DNA of 64,000 nucleotides from Trichoplax sp. H2 (Eukaryota): NCBI GenBank assembly GCA_003344405.1, contig NOWV01000019.1, positions 1 to 64,000 of the forward strand, read 5' to 3'. Shown piece by piece: positions 1 to 13,700 of this stretch (position 1 is its first letter; each line of letters starts with the position of its first letter). The notes under the pieces were generated by a model. It saw only the letters and a program-made list of their open reading frames with translations, ran no database searches and was not told where the DNA came from. The position numbers and the translations under genes were made by a program.

Positions 1-1241
1 TTCGCTATCTTTCAGTGTACCTAGATATAAGATCTATGACTTACTTATTATACTAAACAAAAGAGATTAAAAAATAATAAGCACTGTTGCTTAAGTATTA
101 ATAGGTTTCTTCAATATTTTATTTATGACAGCTATCTAATTTAATTTCTAACCAATTTCTTCTCTAGAACATTCAAATTTTCCTACGAATTTGGCCAAGT
201 TGTTTTAAAGTGCATGAAATTAGAAAAAAGTATGATAAATTGTCAAAAATTCTACAATTATAAGCTCAAATAGTTACTGTTGGAGTATTTAAAGTATCCT
301 TTGTTTAACTATCCAAAATCATCTATACAATACTACATACAATACTATAAAATATTCTTACAGGGCAATCTATTTTAAAATACGAGTAAAAGTATCTACT
401 GTAACATATTATACTATAACTAAAATTACATATCATAAACATTGCAGCAGGCTATTGTTAAAGATATAACGAAGCATAAATGCGTGCAATACAAAGTAAG
501 TATTACAAATCGTCTCTTACGATATTAACTTACAAAGAGAAGATCAACGATTTTAAATGATTTTTGTACATTATACGGCCAATTATTTTAGGTTCAGTAT
601 TCTGATAAATTTTGATGTCAACTGTATTTAGTACTAGCGGAATCCGTGTACTATATTGTGTGAACGGTCGCGTTTAAGCTCTAATTATATAATTTATATT
701 AAGCGTTTAAAATACGGATCCAAATTGGGTCTAGTAATATTTATGTCTAAAATTTATTGGGCATATTACTTGATATCCACTTACATCTGAAGTTATAATG
801 TATTAAATTTAAGCTACGTTGGCCATTATGAATAGTACCCGAGCGTGATTATAATTCGTCTAAGCGTAGTAAGTTGTGAATTATATCACTGATAGCGTTT
901 ATATAAAGTAGTAGAGATTAATAGGCACCTCTATCGCTTTTTATAAGAGAAACTAAGCAAGAATAGATCGTATAATATATAGTAAAAACTATAAGTAACT
1001 ATATTATATTCTAATTGTCTAGAACTGGTAATCGCTTTGTTTATAGAAAAGATCAATATCTATAAATATCGTTGTATTAATTGCACTATAGTTATTATAG
1101 AAGAGTATATAATATAAACTCGGTATAATAGAACGTACGAGCGATTTGTGCGTATATTAAATATCTGATAGTATTCTAGCCTATCTAGCTTTGGCAAGAA
1201 ACTTAGTCTATCAATTAGCGTAGTAAACAGTAATATATTAC

Positions 1242-1803
1242 TGTAACGAAACTTAGTACTGTGATTGTAGATTTTTAGCTATGTTAGTAAGATATACGGA
1301 AACGTAACTTTCTATATTTATCTTAAGACGTATTTTGTAGCTCTCTACTATAGACTGCAATGGTAGATTCTATGCTACAGTACAGATGACTATATATAGT
1401 AAGGTGTTGAGATACTATTAAGGCTAGAGCTAAAATAGAACTGTAATTCATATATTAGGGTATGCTTAGTTTACCGTGCTTTGACTGCTAAGAATAATAT
1501 GTACGGAAATACTGTAGTTGTTTCCATATCGGATTAATGATGGTCCGCTGTAAAATGTTGTCACTAATAATAATTTGGCTATGTGTAAATTAAGGGAGAA
1601 TATTGCTACGCTGATTGTGGCTGTGACTGCTACGAAATGAATATAAGCTGGCAACTTTAGACTATTCAGTTCGTTCTTTCTAGAAGTCCTTCAATAGTTG
1701 TATTCGGCTAGAGTAGAGTTGTGTGTAGCTAGTCTTTCTATTAGATCTGATAAAGTTCTAATTTTCTACAACTTTGGAATTTTCGTGATTGGATTTTATC
1801 ACA
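1242..1803. mobile_element. Solo LTR (family 1, copy 1)
   Basis: Begins TGT(aac), ends (atc)ACA; perfect 5-bp target-site duplication ATTAC at 1237-1241 and 1804-1808; homologous to 8185-8735 and 9533-10712. Confidence 0.8.
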
Positions 1804-2089
1804 ATTACACTAAAGTGCTAGTAGACAGTAGCTAATGATAAAATGACTTATCTCGCTGTATTATTTGCTCTAAATAATACTCTAAGATCGAGACTGATAG
1901 CCCTAATCGGTACTCAGTAATTTCACATACTGTATTAAACTGCGAATTCTAAGACTATATTAAACACACAAAAACCCGGATCTAAGTGTATTCGTAAGAC
2001 GTGTATGTGATAGCGTTATATATTGTATTAGAGTCGAAATATCTGTGTTAGGATAATATTATTAGGCCATCCTTATTTAGTTAACATCT

Positions 2090-2405
2090 AATTGTAATTG
2101 TAACTTACTTATGTTAGATCGTAAATTATCGTGGAAATGTTCCGTGATAGAACATATTTGTAATCTGACTATTCTGTATTAGTCATCAGATGTATATGTT
2201 TGTAAATACTGTTGTTTGTATTAGGGAGCAGTAGCAAAATTAATGTCTAACTCAGTGAATGATTCCAAAGTTAATCGTACTAACTATGACTCATGAACTA
2301 TTGAGGAAGAGTATATAAACGCAATATATCGTGTAATAAAGTTAATTCTTAAACTAAGTGTTTAACGTAAAATACGAGGCGTCTGAGTCTTTGTGTAGTC
2401 TACTA
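2090..2405. repeat. Dispersed repeat fragment; inverted homologue at ~14290-14740
   Basis: tgtaacttacttatgttagatcgtaaattatcgtggaaatgttccgtgata matches the reverse complement of ~14679-14730; further blocks (tatgactcat, ggcgtct) are collinear. Confidence 0.6.
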
Positions 2406-2949
2406 GTAGAGCAAAAATATTCCTGATAGTGCAGATATCGTTCCTTGATACGTGGATAAAGGAATTGACTTATTGATCGTACATAACGTTATCTTATTAC
2501 AAAGCTGTTTTGTGACAGTGTAATATTTTATGTAAAATTCAGATTTATCTCTTACCGAGTTAGCCAAGGACTTCGTCTAGTTATCCATAAAATAGGTCAC
2601 GATAGTATTTTAAAAATGGAAAAAAATTTATACAATTAACTTTTTAGTAAAAACTAAGAGTACTGCAGTTATCAAAATATATAAGGGTATATCGATGCAC
2701 AAAAAATTATACTATAATTTATGTAAGGTGCGCTATAAAATATATAATATATTACACATTTCGTCTGCACTATCTCTGCAAGAACTTTATTACTTCATAT
2801 CTAAATTAATAAATAATCACTAAAGCATAAAGCTCACTTTTTGATACGAGCTAAGAATATTGATACCGCTACTTGCAGTTATCGTAGGTAACTATGTGTT
2901 TTACGCATGCTGCATAATGAAGTCGGTAATTAAATTCACATGTTACAAT

Positions 2950-5220
2950 ATCTTGTCGTTAAGCTATTTTTTAGTAAAGTCTATCATTTGAGTCTTTAAT
3001 AATTGCTGATATAGAAGAAATTCGCTATAAAAATATTAGATGTAAACTTGCATGTGATTATCTTAGACTTATGGACTGAAATTGGAGTAACTCACTAGAC
3101 CCATAATGTTGATATCAGACAGTTTAAATGATATAAATGTGTTATTAAATCAACGTGCAAATTCTGCATTTAATGTTATCTTGTGATACAAATTAAGATG
3201 TTATAGTGTTTGATACTTCAAGATATTTGAGCTATCGAGATAATTTAAACAAAATTAGCCATCACAGTAAGCTATCATGTAAGCAAAATCATATATAATT
3301 ATTTGAGACTTACGCGCTGAAATCGGAGTAATCGCCGAAGCCATAATGTTGATATCGTATAGTATATATTATAGAAAATATATAATTATATCAGTTCTTA
3401 GTTCCGTATTTGAAAGTTTTTTATCTTAAAGCTAATTTGCAATACTTATTGCGATATAATAGTGAGCGATAGTTCTTGATATTGGAGGTATCAAGATAAT
3501 GTAAACAAATTCAATTATCAAACTATTGTAAAGCAAGGCCATAAATGTTTGTTAAAGACTTACACGCTGAAATTGTAGTAGTTGTTAGAGCGATAACATT
3601 GATATCACGATATCATACAGTGTAAATAATAAAAAATGAATACGTTAATCAGTTTTTAATTCTGTACTTGAAATTTATCTTATCACAAAGTTGATTTGTG
3701 ACACACATTACGAAATTATGGTATTTGATAGTTCATGATATTCGAAATATTGAATAACATAAACAAATTAACTATTAAAGTATCATAAAAACAAAGTCAA
3801 TATATGACTATAAAAGACTTACGCGCTGAATTCGGAGTAATCGTTAGAGCGATGATGTTGATATCATACAGTATAAATGATAGAAAATTTATAATAAACA
3901 TATTGTGATATTTTATCATTTGATGGTTCGTGATAGCCGAAATATTGAGATATTATAAACAAATTTTAATATTAAACTTTGACAACATAAAGTCACATAT
4001 ATAATTAAATAAATTATTAAACGATCATAAAAATTATATATAATAAATTAAGACTTACACGCTGAAATTAGAATATTCGTTAGAGCGATGATGTCGATAT
4101 CATACATTTTAAATGACAGAAAATATACAATAAAGACGTTATGGTATTGTTTTGTTTGATAGTTCGTGATATCGAGATAATATAAATAAATTTAATTATT
4201 AAGTTATCATAAAAACAAAGTCAGACAAGATCATTTGAGATTTATATGCTAAAAACCGGAGTAATGGTTACAACCATAATTTTGTCAAAACATAGTGTGA
4301 GTAATACAAAAAGTATAATTAAAATTGAATACATTATAATTTTTTAGTATTCGACAGATCATAATATCCTAAATATCGAGATAGTATATACAAATTTAAC
4401 TATTAAGCTATCATACAAACAAAATCAAATTTTATCATTTAATTAAGATTTATATTCTGAAATTGGAGTAATTATTAGAGCCATAATGTTGGTATCATAA
4501 AGTATAGATGACAGAAAAGGTATAATTAGCACTGTTCTTTATTCTTAATTTAACAGTTATTACGTCATAAAGCCGATTTGCCACACATATTGCGATATTT
4601 CAATTTTCGATAACTCATAATATCTGATCTATCAAGTTAACTCTTACGAACAAATTTAATTATCAAAGTATCATAATAATAAAGTCATATATACATATTT
4701 GAGACTTACGACTGCAAGCTGTAATACAATTTGAAACCATGATGTTCGAGTTATAAAAGGGAAATAAGAAAACAAATATGAATTGAATTAATTCTTAAAT
4801 ATTCTATATTTCATGCAATCTTGAAACATAGCTTGTTTTTATTCGCTGTATCATTTAGTATTTCAAAGTCAATGATATTTGATATATATGTAGAGCCAAT
4901 AGACAAGAATTTTCTAACAAAGTTTTACAATTATTAAAAACATTGGTATATATGATTACGCTCGTCCAAACTCATTGTAATTGGAAAGATAACTAAAATT
5001 GAGGCTGCGTTTCATATGACACGCATATTGAATAAATTAGTGTAAATTGCCATCTGACATCAGACCTTAAGATTTACATTAAATATCATCTTATTTCAGG
5101 GCTAACTTATAATATCATATAGTCATTTCAATACGTTATGCTTGATGATATTTGAGGAATCGAGATGATGTGCAAAATTAATCTCTAATACAAAAAAGGA
5201 TTCTTTGCAAGTGTTTACAC
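2950..5220 (-). repeat. Diverged tandem array (units ~190-260 bp), each core carrying a splice acceptor, 2-3 nt and a splice donor
   Basis: Core agacttacRcgctgaaatYggagtaatc...ccataatgttgatatc recurs near 3065, 3306, 3556, 3815, 4051, 4238, 4446 and 4702; more decayed units toward 5210. Confidence 0.85.
3314..4061 (-). CDS. Four candidate 3-nt microexons: CGT 4059-4061, CGC 3823-3825, CGT 3564-3566, CGC 3314-3316
   Basis: Minus strand reads ttcag|CGY|gtaagtc in each unit; downstream of a phase-0 donor at 5432; no transcript evidence available. Confidence 0.5.
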
Positions 5221-5431
5221 GTCGGTCTTTTTATCAAAAATTGCAATCTCAGTGTTCCCTGTTCTAATTTTTTCAGGAGTTGTTATTATTAAATATTTAA
5301 AATTGCAATATGACTAGATAAAGGCTAAAGCGAATAGCTGTTTGGATGATCTTAATAATAAAATTGATCAAAGCATGTAGTACCGGTACCCAAAGAAACT
5401 AATCATTTTGATTAATATTTCCTTAACTTAC

Positions 5432-5611
5432 CTTCGCTTCCATAATTTTGCGAGCTTCTTCCTCATCAATAATATTCTCTTCTGCCAAATCACTTAATTT
5501 TTCCTCATCCATGAATTCTGGAGAGTATTCTTCATCAGATTTATCTTGTTCAGCATTTGCAAGAACAATGGCACAGAAGAGCGTAGTAATCAATATGATC
5601 TTGGTATTCAT
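5432..5611 (-). CDS. First coding exon of a secreted prepropeptide (signal peptide + acidic pro-region)
   Basis: MNTKIILITTLFCAIVLANA-EQDKSDEEYSPEFMDEEKLSDLAEENIIDEEEARKIMEAK ending at AAG|gtaagt (phase 0); hydrophobic core with A-N-A cleavage motif. Confidence 0.8.
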
Positions 5612-8184
5612 TGCTATTAAAAGGTAAATAAAATTAGCAACCATTGCAATTTGCTTTTAACCGATTACATAAAATAGAATACTATTTTTACTATCTCAAT
5701 CATAAGATAATATAAATGTCACGGCTAAAATCCGAATAAGAGGGAAATTTTTAAAAATTTCGAGCTTTAACTGGCTATGCAGGTGCCTATAAGTACAATG
5801 TTCATCTTATTTAACCATCTTATTACCCTACGGAAGTGTTTAATTTGATTGGATGCACGGAACAGACTATAAGAAGTTTATTTTCTTCCTCTTTAGCAAA
5901 TAATCTTCCTTAAAGTACTTATATTTTTATTCCAAGTTTTGGCCAGCTATTACGCATAACAGCCGGGAATTACGCTCTATCGGTAATGTTAATATTAAAA
6001 CTGTACTAAGAAAGCTAATATAATTGTGTTACTTCCACGTTATACTACCGCAGAAATAGTTCTGCTTAGGTACTTGTTAGATAATTTTGTTAGACAGCAC
6101 ACTAAAAGTAATAACTGTTAATGATTCATTATTTGTAATCGAACGTTTTTACCTGTGAACGAAATCACATAGACCTACGAACAAGAACTGAAAGCTACTA
6201 CAGTACCTCTTACAAGCTACACTTTGCATTATTATATAATTTAGCAGCCGGAAGACTAACGACTATACAGTACAATTAGATAGTTAATTACAGATAAGTT
6301 TATTAACACGTCTCAACACATAAGTCTTAACATTCCGCATGAAATTACAGGTGAAAGTGAACCATGACAGGTATCTCCCCATATGATAATACCTGTCCTT
6401 AATGTAGAATTACGATTATGACCAAGTATAAATTCTAATTTATCCAAAATTAAAACAATCAATGATTACTTTACGGATCATTTACGTATTATCGATTGCA
6501 ACATCGTATTAAATACTGCATATAACATACGGTATGCCATAACATTTCTCAAAAATTTTCAAATCTGCAATATTGTATAAGATAAATTAGTTCTTTCGTG
6601 AGGTCTGTATATAAATATTCAATACGTAACAAATTTTATGAGTTAGCTCTTTAGCCACAAAGGTAATTGTCAATAGATAAAAAGCCTCTGAAGTTAGTGA
6701 GAGTAATTTTGTCTACGACAATTTACTTATTTGAATAGCTAAACGCGTACATTTATAGTATTATTATCTATTGATAGCGACAAATCATTATGAAATTTTT
6801 CTTAAATATGCTTCAGATTCGGCCTTAGTAATAAATCTAACGACTTTATAATATAGAGGGTTTTAGTTTCTACGCACTTTTAATGATTGAAGTACGTTAC
6901 TGTTCTAAGTACTATTGCAGATAAATATCGAAGACAGGTTTGAAATTAATTCATACTGCAAATCTCACTTAATAACGAGATGGCAAATATTGAATGGAAA
7001 GTGAATATCATCTCCCAGGTTCAGGACTAGTTTTATCGCGGAGTTTTATCCGTAATCAGATATGAAGTCGTGTGATTTGTTCTACCGAGAAATATCAACT
7101 ATGCTACTATAAATTTTACAAGGTTATCGTTTCTCCATACGCTAATACCGGTGATTAATATCCAAATACGCTTGTATTTCATATTCTTATAAATATTCAG
7201 ATTTACAAAAAAGTGTATAGTAGCCTCCATGCCTCTCATTTAAGTTGTCTCTAGTTAAATTATATTACATTCTACAATTACTTAAGCCTAAAATATCGCA
7301 AGCTATAAAGTTCTCTGCTACAATTTTGAATTCACAAATAGAATAGAAAATCATTACTTTCCTTTGTTATTAACTAATTTAATATGCCAATGAAGGATCT
7401 TAAAAATAGGACCAAAAGGCACGATTTGTACCAGAGATTTAACCTTTGAAATAAATCGTGCTTTTTACATAATTGCACGTAACATTTCTTTTATAGCTAA
7501 AATGTAAATCTGTAGATTAAGGATCTTCTACTAGTAGGTAGGGAGTATAAAAATACCGGTTGACTTGCGCGAAGCGAGAAAAGTCCCAAAATTTATAAAA
7601 GTAACTAGGAATAACATCTGTGGTAAATATTTACAAATTACTGTTGATGCACAGCTAGGCGCATGAGACTTGGCTAGCTTTCAACAAAATTAATTGTCAG
7701 TTACGATTGCTGAAGATAGTTAGACTGAATATAGGTAGCCTTAGCCAATTTAGAAGGCGAAGTAATTTATGTGAGAAAGTGAAATATCACAAGAAATACG
7801 CATAATTTCCTGTGAGAAAATTAGTAAGACACTGTAATTAGTTACACACTTACTTGTACATTAACTAACATTGTTACCAACCATTCTTATGACTGCAGAG
7901 TTAAATAAATTCGTTTACGTTTTTGAATAGCTGCTTCTAATCTATTGTATTAGCTACCCGTATTTAGCTGACTAAGGCGGTACCACGAGGTGCAAAGATT
8001 TCGGACACTTAGTAGCCTCTAGCTTAGAACTAGCTATAATTTTAATAGGGAAAGCTATCTGTGTGATATCTGTGGTTGTGACACTTGCGTTAATTTTAAT
8101 TGTATTGATAATATGCTCATATATGAAATGAGCTAGGTAAGCTTATAAGATAGTCTAACAAATGTAACGCATTATTTATCTTGC

Positions 8185-8735
8185 TGTAATGTAACTTAGT
8201 ATTGTGATTGTAGACTGTTAGCCATGTTTAGTATAATGTACGGTAGATATTTATCCTAAGAGATATTTAGTAGCCATACCTATAGACTGTAGTGGTATAG
8301 ACTCTATGCTAGAGTACAGATGACTATATACAGTAAGGTGTAGAGTTACTAATAAGGTTATAGGTAAAATTAAAACTGTAATCATATATTAAGATATGGT
8401 TAATTCGTTGTACTTCGGCTGGTATGAATAAAGTCTACGTAAATACTGCAGTCGTATACATATCGGATTAATGATGGTCCGCAGTAGAATAGTGTTACTA
8501 AGAATAATTTTACTATATGTAATATAAGGTAAAAGGTTGCCATGCAGATTGTAGCTGCAAATGCTACGAAAAGTATAAAAGCATGTAACTTTAGATTATT
8601 CTGTTAGTTCGTTCTAGAAGTCTTTAGTAGTAGTATTAGGATAGAGTAGAGCTGCGTGTAGTTAATCTTTGTATAAGATACAATAAAGCCCTTATTTTTC
8701 TAAAATTTGGAATTTCATGATCGGTATATATCACA
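8185..8735. mobile_element. Solo LTR (family 1, copy 2)
   Basis: Collinear homology to 1242-1803; TGT...ATCACA termini; decayed TSD cttgc/tttga. Confidence 0.72.
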
Positions 8736-9532
8736 TTTGATATATAGCACACTAACTCTATTCGATTCGAAGTCTGTGGTACAGCAGCTTAACTTACGTT
8801 TATTTGCTAACATTTTGCCAATCATGCTAAATGATGTTTAACTACACAACGTGGCACGAATTGGGGATTAAGACTCTTCAGGTACTGAAGAAGCCCGTAC
8901 TTAGACCATATAACTACAGTTATATTATGCTATAAATATTTATATCGTTATGTAGGCAACCATTTAACGCGAAACAGCTACGCTTAATGCCTAATATACT
9001 GTTTCTTAATTAAAAGTTTGCTCTTATTACCGTACATCTTACAAAAACCAGTATACACAAAAATATATCACTATAAATGATTCAGACCATGTTAACCAAA
9101 CTAGAACATTTATTAATGCAGGACAACATTACTAAGAGAATTAACATCGTGCTTGACTTTATATGCCTTTTGATAGTTTAAAATCAAAGATTAGGTCAGA
9201 GACTTACCGAATGAAATTTTTGAATTACCGTTAGACCTTGGTTAAAATACAAATTTGTAATGGTAGTCAGCTATTTCTAATAGGCGGTATTTATTGATTC
9301 GATCAGACTTCAAAAACATCAATAGGTAAACATGCCTAAACAAATATACCAACTGGTAATCTATCAAGAAAAAATAAAATTCTCTATACGACTTGCAACA
9401 AAGAAATCTGTAATTTTTTAAGGTAAAGAAATTCTATTGATTTGCAATGTTAACACTGCTTTACATTCCTGAATTTGATAGTAAAGGACAATCAGATTAC
9501 TTTTGTACTGATTATTCTACGCCTGAAAGAGT

Positions 9533-10712
9533 TGTGAAATAACTTATTATTGTGATTTTAGGCCATTAGCCTTGTTTATTTGATGTGCAATAGTGTCTTT
9601 TCTATATTTATCTTATGATATATAAAGTAGCCCATAATTATAGACTGTAAGGACAGATTGTATGCTAAAGTACAGATGACTATATACGGTAAGGTGTTTT
9701 TAAATTAATAAATGTCACAACCCTCACTTGTGGCAAAGGAAAGTAAAGAACTCTGGTGTAGTTACTTAAAACTTGGGCTATTTCTCCCAGTACTTTCAGT
9801 TTCTATGAGAGAAGTATTTGAGAGCTCGATTTCTCGGCTGATCTCCACAGACAACTGACTAATTATTACACTATTCTACACGATATGAGTCTTGCCGTTT
9901 CTTGAGCAATTACTAACTTTATTCTACAAACACACGCGCTTAAATAGGTTTCTACAGTGAATTCCAATATTAACGAGTGAGAATTCATGCTTTACAAGTT
10001 ACATTAATTAGTACTAGTGCAAACTCCCGTCGCTTTACTGACGGTTTACGATAATGTGCTCATTTAACAGAGGTTCAGTAACTTTATATCGTGTACTGTG
10101 TACAGTACTGTACTGTACTGTAATGTACTAGCTCAATTTTTAGAGATTAATACACCTTATAAACCTACAGTAAATTAACTGCTAACAACTTCTATTTTTA
10201 TCTCATTTCTACCATCCTATTATCAGCTACAAGCGCATTAAAACATAGCACATAACCTTATCTTATCTATTCATAAGCATTCATTAATTTACAGTTACTT
10301 AATTAGTAACGGCGTACCGTGACAATAAGCTACTAATTAGGTTAGAGGTGGAAATAGAATTGTAAATCATATTTTGGGATATGCTCAGTTCATTGTACTT
10401 TGAGTGGTAGGAATAATATCTGCGAAAATACTACAATCATTTCTATTTTGGATTAATAAAATATAACGGTTTGCTGTAAAATATTGTGACTAGTAATAAA
10501 CTGAATATGTGTAAAACATGATTGTAGCTGCGAAGGCTACAGAGAGTATAAAAGCAGGAGACGTTAGATTATTATCTGATTGTTCTTTCTAGAAGTCTTT
10601 CAATAGTTATATTCGGATAGAATAGAGCTATGTGTAGCTATTCTTTGTACCAGATCCAATAAAGTTCTAATTTTCTACAACTTTGGAATTTTCGTAATCG
10701 GGTCTAACCACA
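9533..10712. mobile_element. Solo LTR (family 1, copy 3), interrupted by a nested insertion
   Basis: 9533-9712 and 10325-10712 are collinear with the two halves of 1242-1803; TGT...ACA termini; decayed TSD agagt/agggc. Confidence 0.7.
9713..10324. mobile_element. Nested solo LTR-like insertion (family 2, 612 bp)
   Basis: Inverted termini TGTCAC...GTGACA; flanks ataaa/ataag (4/5 TSD); splits the host LTR. Confidence 0.72.
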
Positions 10713-13700
10713 AGGGCATAATTATAAGCGTTACATTGATTTTACTGATTAATACTGAAAAGAAATACAGTCATCGCCGCTTATTAACCTTACGGTACTA
10801 AGCCCCGAAATTAATTCAGTCCTAGATATATCTTAGTCTACTCTACATAACAATAGCCAAAGGATTTATTTTATAAGTCCATCATATCGGCTGATTACCA
10901 AATACTCAGGTATCAAAGTTCAGACTTGTGACATATAAAACAGTGAAATAGATAGGTTACGAGGTAGCCTGGAACGAAAAGGTTTTGAGTTGAGAAAGAA
11001 TTCGATAAATTTGATGCTGACTTGTGTAGATTTTTTGAAAGCAACCTATGAGACAACTATCTTAAGAAAAACTGTTTAAAAGTAAATAAAGTACATAAAA
11101 ACGTACTTAAAAACAATATATTATCGTATATTTGCAAAAATAAAAACCTATCGAATAAGCTCATTCGATTAATAAGCGGAAAACACTTCGCCCTAGGGTT
11201 TGCTGTTTAATTTAAGGGGTTGTGACTGTATTGAAATACCATTTTATTATAGAATATAATTCAATAGCTTGATGATTAACTTATAACGCTACGACTGACA
11301 TTTCTTTACATCTAATTAATTTCCCTAAGCTATTTGATTATTACTAACATGATATTGTAAGTTGTAAAAATTCTTTAAACAATAATAAGAGCTAAATGAA
11401 TAATGTTTTGAATCGCCAATAATATAATATCATAGATCAACTCCTGTTTCAAATTAACTTGTCTTAAGGGCCTAGTATTTTGCCTATTATTAGTAAGATA
11501 TAGAAGTAGTTTCAATGTGATTGCATTGTCATTACTTGACATAAACTGATGACTTATATTAAAGAAGTTTGTAATGATTAATTACGGCTAAGCACATGTT
11601 ATCTCAGAAACTTGTTGATTTGACGTTGGCCTTGCCACATATAAATGATTCATACGTGTATTTTATTTATTAAACGAAAGGAGTAGAATTAATAAATGTG
11701 TAAAGAAGCAATATAAGGGTTGCTTAGATAGGAATCAATGGTCTTAGTTGCTTTGTTCAATAAGTACAAAATTACTACATTAATTTACATTTCTAAAACT
11801 AGCCCCCGTAACTGATTATTCCGTTAACCTTAAATTATGCATCGAAATAAGTATCGAATATCTAAAGGTGATGTACTAAAAATATTGATAGTACTAGATT
11901 AATGTATCATCGAGCCTAAACAAATAATTTATCCGTCATACTGTATTTTATTTTGGATAGCAATTGTATTTCCTAAAACTGTCTAATTATTTTATTTTTG
12001 TTACGTCTTTAATTGCCCGCTGTTAATAAGTTAACGTTAGCAATAGTTTCTCATTCTTAAGTCTTAACAAGATAATACTGCCAGTACAATTACTTTTTAC
12101 ACAAAGACATTGCTGCAATGTAACTATTTACGGCTATATGAATATAATGACCAACTTTAACAGAAATAGCAATTAAGAGCTCCCTTAAGAGTTTTATTTT
12201 CGTAGCTTAAAATTTAGTAAGAAAGAGTTTTAAATCTAGACATTTTGCTCTTTTTTAACGAATCAAGAATGGCCTGATCAAATGATAATTAAGAGTACGT
12301 AATTCAATCACTCTTATTTTATAACGGCTGCACAATATCTAAGTTTAAATTATGTGAGAAATCTTAACAGCAAGTTAAACATTAATGTCTTTGTCGTAGA
12401 TATCGAATAACTTAGTAACAGATTTATAATTTAAGAAAACACTTAATTTTGAACTGGTTGTAATCTTATCGTGACTTAACGAAATACTAAACTTAGTGAA
12501 TTAAATTCTCCTGGTCCTGTGATAGAGCAGTTATATGTCTAAAATAGGCAGCTGCAGCATATGATCTAAAACAAGCTGATTGTTAAAACAAGTTCAAGTA
12601 TGAAATTGATCAGTATTTCAAATTTCTCTATATGATAGCTAAATCTTAGATTGTATTATTACCTTATTATGCTGCTGTTAATCTTCTTAATTTTATAAAT
12701 ATTTATTTAACGTTATTCATATATATAATTGAAAATAGAAACGCCTTTTACGTATTTTGAATTGTGCCAAGGTATAGCATTAAGTAAACTTTAGGAAGCT
12801 TGGAAAAGTCAACAACAGTGTAATACACTTGTAGCGATATGATTGGAAAATGTCAGAGTATGACTTTTATCAAATTTAGGCATTCTGAATCCGCCTACTA
12901 AGAATGTGCTAAGGTACGCGTATATCGATTTTAGAAAATTTTTAAATTTATTAGATTCTGGCTTTATCAGATGTTCTCTTATGAACGCGATATCATAGTG
13001 GACATGACTTTCTTACTGATATTGTTTACATGAAGAAATATCTGATAACGTATGAACCTAATAAATTTTAGAACTTTTCTGAAAAAACAGTATATCTTAG
13101 AGCATGTATTGGTACTGTTGAATTTTGATTCCTTATCAGCAATGCTTCTCAAAACAGGTTCACACTTATATTGAATGCAGAAAATATTTTACTTTAACTT
13201 GAATAATTTAGAAAAACGTTCTAAGATCTACGTCTCTAGCTACTTAAAATCAGAAGCTATAAAATATTGGTAATAAAACTAGTGTCATAGCTTATAGATA
13301 TAAAGATCACTCACACAATTATATATTTATGATCTGGTTATAATAAACAATATTATAATAGTATTGGTCAATTACGATTGATTGTTTACTTTTATATTAC
13401 AACATAGCTTGTTTGGATCACACTGATTTGTCTTCCAAAATTTAATAATAATAGAAATTAGAACAATGAGCATGAACTTTGCTACAATGTGCATGAAATC
13501 TAAGATTACCTAAGAGTAGAATCATTCGGCTTGTATTGATGGAAAAAGCTTTTTTGTTATTAAGAAATAATGGTTTATTTCTAGCCAAAGAATATTCATT
13601 ATTTGATACTTTCATAAGATTAAAAAAACAGCCGGTGGCAATTACTAAGCTAATAAGGCAAACAGTCTGCGTAATAGGAATAACAGAGTTTTTCGGTAGC

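Noticed and set aside
1466-1654. 62-aa ORF
   Set aside because: Lies inside a solo LTR, has a non-ATG start and no recognisable motif
4960-4960. 1-nt exon (gag|C|gtaatc) that would restore frame with the 2-nt TC unit
   Set aside because: GAG acceptor without a pyrimidine tract and a weak donor; chance occurrence is likely
2950-5220. CRISPR-like repeat-spacer array
   Set aside because: Units are ~190-260 bp, homologous along their whole length and diverged; eukaryotic context; no cas genes
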